From Maribacter sp. (lineage in GTDB: Bacteria > Bacteroidota > Bacteroidia > Flavobacteriales > Flavobacteriaceae), in contig JAHENB010000009.1 in assembly GCA_024643345.1 (NCBI GenBank), forward strand, positions 2,132-66,131: a DNA stretch of 64,000 nt. Direction: 5' to 3'. The notes beneath the pieces are model-generated. The model saw only the letters and a list, made by a program, of their open reading frames with translations, ran no database searches and was not told the DNA's origin. Positions 57,286 to 64,000 of the stretch are shown here, piece after piece (the first letter of the stretch is position 1; the number at the start of each line of letters is the position of its first letter). The translations under genes and the position numbers were made by a program.

Positions 57286-57723
57286 TCAATGCAAACGAAG
57301 TCTATATAGGCCGCTTTCCTTTTTTTGAAACCCTAGACTGGTGTACAATTGAATGGCGGGAATTCTATGATGGGCCGTGAAAAGTAACATTTCATCCAAA
57401 GACCTCTGCTTGCCTTCTTTAACAAGGGCCTCCAACATTTTTTTTCCGACCCCTTTACCCCTATGGTCACTGTGCACGACGACGTCTTCGATCCAACCCT
57501 TGTAACCAGAAATCACTTTGTAAAAGGCCATTGAAGCCATACCTATTATTTCATCTTTCTCCTTAGCATATATCACCAGCGTTGGGTCTGGTCCTTCCAT
57601 CACTTGATCCAAGTCGAGCGTTTTGATTTGATCGTTCAACTGTTCGAAAAGCAAACCAAGCTTTTCTTTGAGCAAAGGGGTGATTTCCGTTTTTTTAAGT
57701 ACCGACAGGGTCATATATTTCAT
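57286..57723 (-). CDS. GNAT-family N-acetyltransferase
   Basis: 145 aa. The acetyl-CoA motif is VVVHSDHRGKGVGKKMLEAL. Confidence 0.85.
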   Translation of the reverse strand: MKYMTLSVLKKTEITPLLKEKLGLLFEQLNDQIKTLDLDQVMEGPDPTLVIYAKEKDEIIGMASMAFYKVISGYKGWIEDVVVHSDHRGKGVGKKMLEALVKEGKQRSLDEMLLFTAHHRIPAIQLYTSLGFQKKESGLYRLRLH

Positions 57724-57752
57724 TGTTGTTCGTTCTATACTTTTCCCAAACC

Positions 57753-58484
57753 TTAGTCAAGTATAGGCTCTGAATTGAATGCCTTCACTTCACCCATATC
57801 AAGTTTAAGAGGCCCCAATTCATGCCTAGAAGGGAGCATGACCCCGGTTTCCATTTTTTTCCAGTGCGACCAAGTGGCTTCCAGGCCACCAATTGGAATG
57901 ACATTTACCCACATCTTGAAGCTAGCGGGCAAGCCGTTTTTGCCCAAGATCCAAAGATAAGAATCCCCTGGGGTAGAACCTCCCGAAGCATAGGTCACCA
58001 ATAGTCCGTTTGAACCATCTTCCAAAAGCACCAATTGTCTTGTTGTGCCGCTGTCGAATACCTTAAAGGGCGCTACCAACCAGAAAGAGTCATTGTTGAA
58101 CATGGCTACTGCCTCCTCGACGATTTCCGATTTGTTCTTTCCTTCCAATTCAATGTCATTTTTGAACACCGCGCTTTTTTGGGGTGCGCCAAGATCGAGC
58201 AAAACCTTAAAATCGGCCCACTCCATCCTTACTAATCCTTGATTTTTCGCCCATAGGTACCGATGCTTGCCCCCTCTAAAGGTCCATTCCAAATAATCGG
58301 TTTCGTGGTAAGCCTTTGCATTCAGCTTTTCCAACATCGTATTGGCAAAGTTATCCGCGGCCATGCCTTTTTCACCTTGGGGCAGGGGCTGGTCGTAAAT
58401 GGTGTAGAGTACCATAAAACCAATGAATAGGAGCAGTAGCAGCCCAAGAAAAAATTTTAAAACCAGTCTTAACGTTTTCTTCAT
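57753..58484 (-). CDS. hypothetical N-terminally anchored protein
   Basis: 243-aa ORF with one N-terminal hydrophobic helix, LVLKFFLGLLLLLFIGFMVLY. I recognise no family. Confidence 0.65.
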   Translation of the reverse strand: MKKTLRLVLKFFLGLLLLLFIGFMVLYTIYDQPLPQGEKGMAADNFANTMLEKLNAKAYHETDYLEWTFRGGKHRYLWAKNQGLVRMEWADFKVLLDLGAPQKSAVFKNDIELEGKNKSEIVEEAVAMFNNDSFWLVAPFKVFDSGTTRQLVLLEDGSNGLLVTYASGGSTPGDSYLWILGKNGLPASFKMWVNVIPIGGLEATWSHWKKMETGVMLPSRHELGPLKLDMGEVKAFNSEPILD

Positions 58485-58552
58485 TTTCTTGCGAAGATAT
58501 CCAAATCATCAAAGTTTCTACGGAGGGCAAAAAGCAATATAAACGATGTTTG

Positions 58553-60244
58553 TCAATACCCAGCTGCTGCATCATCGCCCCGTTTGTCGGCCCCACCTTC
58601 CAATCGGCCATCCTGCAGTACCCTGATGGCATCTACTTTACCGATGATGGGCGTTCTTTCCTCATTAATGATATACCCCTTGTTTTTCAATTCATTCTTT
58701 AATTGTTCAGAAAAGCCATCGGGTTCAAATATGATCACATCGGGCAACCATTGATGATGGAACCTAGGTGCGTTCACGGCCTCTTGCATGCTCATGTTGA
58801 ACTCATAGGCATTCAAAATGGTCTGTGCCACGGCCGTGATAATGGTTGATCCTCCTGGCGTGCCCACGACCATATATAATCGGCCTTCCTTTTCAACGAT
58901 AGTGGGCGTCATACTGCTGAGCATCCGTTTTTCAGCCATAATACTGTTGGCCTCGGCCCCTATAAGGCCGAACATATTGGGTACCCCGGGTTTGGCACTG
59001 AAATCATCCATTTCGTTGTTCAGGAAAAACCCGAGTTCATCGCTATACAATTTGGAGCCATAGGCCCCGTTCAAGGTTGTGGTCACCGAAACGGCATTGC
59101 CGAGCGAATCTACAATGGAGTAATGCGTGGTTTCCATGCTTTCCAATATTTCCACGTTACCGTGCTCGACCTCCGAGGATTTGGTAGCCTTGTCAAAATT
59201 GAAATTTTCCATACGATCTTTCAAATAATGGTCGCTCAGCAATACATCCAAAGGAATCGAGACAAAATCCGGGTCGCCCAAAAAGTAATTTCGATCAGCA
59301 TAAGCCCTTCGGGCAGCCTCGGCAAACAATTGGATGGCTTTGGGGGAATTATGACCAAAATCGCCTATCCCATAGGGCTCGATCATTTTAAATATTTGGT
59401 TGATGGTAACCCCTCCACTGCTAGGCGGACTCATGGAGATGATTCTAAGGTCTTTATAGTTAAATATGATGGGTTGCCGCCAAACAGCTTCGTATTTTTC
59501 CAAGTCTTCCGTAGTTACAAAACCTCCTTTTCCCTGAATAAAGTCGCTCAGTATCTGTGCGACTTCACCTTTATAGAAGCCGTCTCGACCTTCACGGGCT
59601 ATTTTACGAAGGGTATTGGCCAATGCCGGGTATCTTAAAGTATCCCCTTCCATGGAATTTATGGGAAAGGTGGTACTATCGTTATTCACTTCCAAAATCT
59701 CTTTTTTGTAATCTGAGAAGCGCTTCGCCTGTTTTGCAGTGACCACTACCCCTGTTTCGGCCAGGGCAATTACAGGTTCAAGTATCTCTTCTAATGGCAA
59801 GGACCCAAATTTATCGTGTACTTCAATAATCCCGGCCACTGTACCGGGTACCCCGACAGCAGTTGCCCCAGTGGTACTCATATTGGGAATTACATTGCCC
59901 AGCGAATCTAAATACATGTCTTTATGTGCCGAAAGGGGCGCTTTCTCACGATAGTCTAGTCCGCCAACATCACCATTGGCCCTCCGATATACCATGAAGC
60001 CTCCGCCCCCCAAGTTTCCCGCGAACGGATAGGTGACCACCAATGCCATTTCGGTCGCTACCATGGCATCAAAGGCATTACCGCCCTTTTTCAGGATTTC
60101 AATACCGATTTGTGAAGCTTCCTGTCGTGCAGAGACAATCATGGCCTTGTCGGCCACCATTCCTGTTGGACTTGCAGATTGTCTTCTGCATTGAACCATT
60201 AAGATCAAAAGCAAGAGCGGGGATAATCGAAAAAGGTATTTCAT
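58553..60244 (-). CDS. ggt: gamma-glutamyltransferase, paralog 2 (lipoprotein-like signal)
   Basis: The track ORF starts at 60307. The ATG at 60244 gives MKYLFRLSPLLLLILMVQC. It has the nucleophile region METTHYSIVDSLGNAVSVTTTLN and TPGGSTII. Confidence 0.9.
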   Translation of the reverse strand: MKYLFRLSPLLLLILMVQCRRQSASPTGMVADKAMIVSARQEASQIGIEILKKGGNAFDAMVATEMALVVTYPFAGNLGGGGFMVYRRANGDVGGLDYREKAPLSAHKDMYLDSLGNVIPNMSTTGATAVGVPGTVAGIIEVHDKFGSLPLEEILEPVIALAETGVVVTAKQAKRFSDYKKEILEVNNDSTTFPINSMEGDTLRYPALANTLRKIAREGRDGFYKGEVAQILSDFIQGKGGFVTTEDLEKYEAVWRQPIIFNYKDLRIISMSPPSSGGVTINQIFKMIEPYGIGDFGHNSPKAIQLFAEAARRAYADRNYFLGDPDFVSIPLDVLLSDHYLKDRMENFNFDKATKSSEVEHGNVEILESMETTHYSIVDSLGNAVSVTTTLNGAYGSKLYSDELGFFLNNEMDDFSAKPGVPNMFGLIGAEANSIMAEKRMLSSMTPTIVEKEGRLYMVVGTPGGSTIITAVAQTILNAYEFNMSMQEAVNAPRFHHQWLPDVIIFEPDGFSEQLKNELKNKGYIINEERTPIIGKVDAIRVLQDGRLEGGADKRGDDAAAGY

Positions 60245-60357
60245 AAAGTTAGGATTATTGATATTCAAAATGGTTAAGGTGTGTCTCATATGGTTTCCAG
60301 TAATCAATGGTATCCAATTATTGCATTAAAGGGTACACCATTTAAAAATCTAAAATA

Positions 60358-60942
60358 TCATAAAGACAGATATTTTTGTTTGGAAAAGACCATTAATTCT
60401 TCAAAAAAATGGAAGAATTCTTCCTCAAAGGCATCGTAGTGCTCCTGAAGATCTAGAATGGCAAAGTTCATTTTAGATTTATTCGCGGTTCTCCGGTTCA
60501 TACCGCTCAATACATTGGCAATCCCATCCAGTTTTGAGTAATTATAGATCCAATTATCGGAAATCATATAGGGCATCATCCTTTTGATGCCATCGGGCAG
60601 AATGGGGTAACTTTCCTCCAAGAGATCATAAAATTGATCTACGAAATCAGCCAAAGGTACCTCTGAATATTGATTCCAATTTTTAGCCAAAAAATGGTCG
60701 TAGTAAATATCCACGATTACCCGGCTATAATGGCCATAATTATGATGCAATTTTTTACTGCTCTTTTTCGGAATGGCATGTGCATCGGTAAACGTATCGA
60801 TTTCCCTGTGCAAAACAATGCCTTTTTGGACCCTTTCGGGCAAATGTTCAAACTTGTTGCCCCGGATGCTGTCCGCAATGAAATTGCCCAAAGTAACCTC
60901 TTTGTCATTAAACGAAAGGTAAATATGTGCCAGAAAGTTCAT
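60358..60942 (-). CDS. acpH: acyl carrier protein phosphodiesterase
   Basis: 194 aa. MNFLAHIYLS...GNFIADSIRG...LHREIDTFTDAH is the AcpH (DUF479) signature. Confidence 0.8.
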   Translation of the reverse strand: MNFLAHIYLSFNDKEVTLGNFIADSIRGNKFEHLPERVQKGIVLHREIDTFTDAHAIPKKSSKKLHHNYGHYSRVIVDIYYDHFLAKNWNQYSEVPLADFVDQFYDLLEESYPILPDGIKRMMPYMISDNWIYNYSKLDGIANVLSGMNRRTANKSKMNFAILDLQEHYDAFEEEFFHFFEELMVFSKQKYLSL

Positions 60943-60988
60943 GCATCGAATTTACGAATTAAGGCTGTCACGATTAACCTCATACCGT

Positions 60989-60996
60989 TATATTTG
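60989..60996 (+). promoter_or_regulatory. candidate -7 box TATATTTG for glmM
   Basis: It fits TAnnTTTG, 21 nt upstream of the ATG at 61017. Confidence 0.4.
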
Positions 60997-61016
60997 CAAA
61001 AACTTTCCATACGCAT

Positions 61017-62405
61017 ATGACTCTCATTAAATCAATTTCAGGAATTCGCGGTACCATAGGGGGGAAGCCAGGGGATAATCTCACCCCCATTGATGCCGTT
61101 AAATTTGCCGCGGCCTATGGCAGCTGGTTAAAAGATTACAGAAAGAAAGATGAACTTACGGTGGTTATTGGCCGGGATGCCCGCATTTCTGGGGAAATGA
61201 TACAAAATTTAGTGGTTTCCACTTTGTCGGGCCTTGGCATTGATGTGATCGATCTCGATCTTTCTACCACCCCGACCGTTGAGATAGCCGTACCGCTCGA
61301 AAAAGCAGATGGTGGTATTATTTTAACGGCAAGCCATAATCCCAAACAATGGAACGCCTTGAAATTGCTCAACGAAAAGGGGGAGTTTTTGGATGCCGAA
61401 CAAGGGGCGAAAATCCTTGATATTGCCGAAAAGGAACATTTTGATTTTGTTGATGTCGATGCTCTGGGCACCATCACCAAAAATGATGCCTATATCGATA
61501 TACATATCGATGAGGTCTTAAACCTTTCACTTGTCGATGCCGAGGTGATCCGTAAAGCCAATTTTAAGGTGGTTGTTGACGGAGTGAATTCAACGGGAGG
61601 CATCGCAATACCAATGTTATTGGAAGCATTGGGGGTGGAGGTAATCAAATTATATTGTAATCCAAACGGTCATTTTCCCCATAATCCGGAACCTTTAAAA
61701 GAACATTTGGGCGATATCTGCAAATTGGTGGTTAAGGAAAAAGCCGATTTTGGAATTGTGGTCGATCCCGATGTAGATCGGTTGGCTTTTATTAGTGAAA
61801 AGGGGGAGATGTTTGGGGAAGAATACACTTTGGTTGCCTGTGCAGACTATGTTTTGGGAAAAACCAAGGGCAATACCGTGTCTAATCTTTCCTCTTCCAG
61901 AGCCTTGCGCGACATCACCGAGAAGCATGGGGGCCATTATGAGGCAGCCGCAGTTGGGGAAGTCAATGTAGTCACCAAGATGAAGGCCAACAAAGCGATC
62001 ATCGGAGGGGAAGGCAACGGGGGCATTATTTATCCCGAAAGTCACTATGGCAGGGATGCATTGGTAGGGACCGCCCTATTTCTGATGCTCATGGCCGAAC
62101 GCGGCGGTTCTGTTTCTGCCTTACGCGCAAGTTACCCTTCCTATTATATGGGCAAAAAGAAAATTGAACTTACCCCTGGCTTGGATGTCGACGCAATCTT
62201 GGCCGCGATGGGCAAAAAATATGAAAACGAACAAATTTCATTGATAGATGGGGTAAAAATAGATTTTTCCGAGAGCTGGGCGCATCTGAGAAAATCGAAT
62301 ACCGAACCTATCATTCGCATTTATACGGAGGCCAAAAGTCAGTCAGAGGCAGATACTTTGGGCGATAAAATTATTGCAGAGATCAAGACCATTGCGGGCC
62401 TTTAG
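61017..62405 (+). CDS. glmM: phosphoglucosamine mutase
   Basis: 462 aa with SISGIRGTIGG, the phosphoserine loop TASHNP and the metal loop DPDVDR. Confidence 0.9.
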   Translation: MTLIKSISGIRGTIGGKPGDNLTPIDAVKFAAAYGSWLKDYRKKDELTVVIGRDARISGEMIQNLVVSTLSGLGIDVIDLDLSTTPTVEIAVPLEKADGGIILTASHNPKQWNALKLLNEKGEFLDAEQGAKILDIAEKEHFDFVDVDALGTITKNDAYIDIHIDEVLNLSLVDAEVIRKANFKVVVDGVNSTGGIAIPMLLEALGVEVIKLYCNPNGHFPHNPEPLKEHLGDICKLVVKEKADFGIVVDPDVDRLAFISEKGEMFGEEYTLVACADYVLGKTKGNTVSNLSSSRALRDITEKHGGHYEAAAVGEVNVVTKMKANKAIIGGEGNGGIIYPESHYGRDALVGTALFLMLMAERGGSVSALRASYPSYYMGKKKIELTPGLDVDAILAAMGKKYENEQISLIDGVKIDFSESWAHLRKSNTEPIIRIYTEAKSQSEADTLGDKIIAEIKTIAGL

Positions 62406-63391
62406 GCATTCTGGGCCTTTATATATTCCTGTCGTGCTATTTTGGCCGTTTTATGCGACCCTGTGTGGCTCCATCCAGGCGGCATGAAAAAATAGGCCAC
62501 CTTATTTTTTATTCCGGGCGCTTTCCAGACATCTTTGGCCAAAGCGATGAATTCACCGAAATACACATCAATGAAATTGCCGCTATCCATCTTTCGGGTA
62601 ATGCCATATTCCGGTTTTAAGGTCATTTTCTCCTCCTGGTAGGTGCCAAAAATGCGATCCCATATATTCAATAAGTTACAGAAATTGGTGTCCATATACA
62701 ACGGGTTCCTGGCATGGTGCACCCGATGGTGCGATGGGGTAAGTAACACCTTGTTGAGCCTCCCGAATCGGGCATCCTTGACCAGATTGTCCCCCACATG
62801 TATGAACGCACCATAAGTCCCGTCGATGAACATGATCAAAAACAGCATCGTTGGTTCAAGGCCCAAAAGAATACAGACCGTAGTACGAATGGTATCGGCA
62901 TATGGGGCTTCCAAAAAGAAATGGGCATAGGTTACCGAAAGGTTCATGTTTTCGGGCGTGTGATGGGTGGCATGAAGACACCAAAATAGCCGCACTTTGT
63001 GCCCGAGGTAATGGTAAATAAAATGTCCCAGTTCCCAAGCGATGTAGCCATACAGGAACCAATACCATGTTGGCCCAGTTTTCAGCAAGGCGTAGGGTTG
63101 GAACCAACCGATGCAAAGCGTGACCATTGCTATCGAAATGAACCGCCCTACAAATCGATTGAATATATAAATCAAAAAAGTAACCTTATATACCTTGGTC
63201 TGGGGCTTTTTGTAAACAAATCCCAAGACCAACTCCAATAATACCAATAATGGTATGAGCGGATAAATTAAGGCTGCAATACCGTCATATGTACGAAAAG
63301 CAACATAATTACCCGATTTTAACAACTCCCAAGCATGGGAGATGCCCAGAAAATTAATAATTTCATCGTAAAGGGTATGCAGTATTTCCAT
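62402..63391 (-). CDS. sterol desaturase / fatty acid hydroxylase family membrane protein
   Basis: 329 aa with the histidine boxes HFIYHYLGH, HATHH and HHRVHH. Confidence 0.85.
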   Translation of the reverse strand: MEILHTLYDEIINFLGISHAWELLKSGNYVAFRTYDGIAALIYPLIPLLVLLELVLGFVYKKPQTKVYKVTFLIYIFNRFVGRFISIAMVTLCIGWFQPYALLKTGPTWYWFLYGYIAWELGHFIYHYLGHKVRLFWCLHATHHTPENMNLSVTYAHFFLEAPYADTIRTTVCILLGLEPTMLFLIMFIDGTYGAFIHVGDNLVKDARFGRLNKVLLTPSHHRVHHARNPLYMDTNFCNLLNIWDRIFGTYQEEKMTLKPEYGITRKMDSGNFIDVYFGEFIALAKDVWKAPGIKNKVAYFFMPPGWSHTGSHKTAKIARQEYIKAQNA

Positions 63392-63473
63392 AGCGGCTTA
63401 TTCGATAGGGTCTAAGACTGAAATGTACTAATTTTTATCGCCGAAATTAGCAGAATTGTGACATTTGAAGATG

Positions 63474-64000
63474 CTAAATGAATTCATGGGGCACCTTGTC
63501 TTGGTGTTTCCAACGTTTATGTGTCCAAAGATAATATTCGGGCCTTTCATGAATCTGTTGTTCGGCCAGTCTAAGAAAACGGTCGGTAATTTCATGCGGT
63601 TCGGTTTCACTTCCCGCAAGGGTAATCGGTATAAATTCTGCTTGGTAGTAGCCCCTTTTTACTTTGGAAACCTTTAAGAAGACTACGGCCAGATCCATCT
63701 TTCTGGCCATGACCTCGGCACCATTGATCACCGGAACTTTGATTCCCATAAATTCGGTCCAATACTGTGCCCGATGTGGCTGCGGCGATTGGTCGCTGAC
63801 CATGCCAAAAATACCGGTCACATTATTTTTTAAATTGCTGACCACAACGCGCACCGTTTCTTGTTGCGTGATCAAGACCGTATTCCAACGGGCCCTGACT
63901 TTTTTTACCCAAGCATCGAAATATTTGTTCACTATTTTTTGATATACCGCATATCCCTTGGATTTAACATAGTTGTTGATGCTAACGTTCCATTCCCAAT
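63474..64000 (-). CDS. LpxL/HtrB-type lipid A (lysophospholipid) acyltransferase, 5' part outside the window
   Basis: The C-terminal sequence is ...GIFGMVSDQSPQ...GAEVMARKMDLAVVFL...PEYYLWTHKRWKH. I checked that the frame stays open from 63932 (GTG in the track) to base 64000. Confidence 0.8.
   Translation of the reverse strand, partial: WEWNVSINNYVKSKGYAVYQKIVNKYFDAWVKKVRARWNTVLITQQETVRVVVSNLKNNVTGIFGMVSDQSPQPHRAQYWTEFMGIKVPVINGAEVMARKMDLAVVFLKVSKVKRGYYQAEFIPITLAGSETEPHEITDRFLRLAEQQIHERPEYYLWTHKRWKHQDKVPHEFI

Noticed and set aside
59123-59638. 171-aa plus-strand ORF
   Set aside because: It is an antisense shadow within the second gamma-glutamyltransferase gene.
1-64000. Search for tRNA, rRNA, CRISPR repeats and IS, integrase or transposase genes
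   Set aside because: I found no GGTTCGAATCC-type T-arm outside coding regions. I found no regularly spaced direct repeats and no recombinase-like ORFs. The window appears to be non-mobile chromosomal backbone.

Overview
This is a 64-kb chromosomal segment that looks like Bacteroidota, probably Flavobacteriaceae. The clues are a GLPGLI protein, five DUF6090-type paralogs, a fused E1 alpha/beta dehydrogenase, TAnnTTTG -7 boxes close to start codons and no obvious Shine-Dalgarno signals. I count about 55 tightly packed protein genes, mostly on the minus strand. I found no rRNA, tRNA, CRISPR array, transposase or integrase. The content is dominated by exported peptide- and gamma-glutamyl-degrading enzymes: 2 GGT, 2 M20 amidohydrolases, an M1 aminopeptidase, an S10 carboxypeptidase and a nitrilase. 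Also present are cysE plus cysteine synthase, a Tat-exported molybdenum hydroxylase pair, metal transporters (Nramp, VIT1), a two-component system and housekeeping genes (uvrA, glmM, acpH, LOG, E1 dehydrogenase, an LpxL-like acyltransferase). The most notable findings are: (1) an HTH-S24 (LexA/CI-like) repressor facing a small-ORF + TIGR03915 operon across a spacer with three TGGA-N5-TCCA palindromes bracketed by divergent TATATTTG boxes; (2) a four-gene operon of two paralogous small two-Cys secreted proteins, a GLPGLI protein and a TonB-receptor-like barrel, split by a perfect 17-bp stem-loop, with a T9 tract inside one small gene; (3) five DUF6090-type paralogs, one truncated, sitting next to exported enzyme genes; (4) an aminopeptidase-N-like protein that has lost all zinc and catalytic residues and appears fused to an Omp85-like barrel; (5) two divergent secreted CotH-like kinase-fold proteins; (6) long gene-free gaps, one ending in a strong terminator. 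All family assignments come from motif recognition by eye and need database confirmation.
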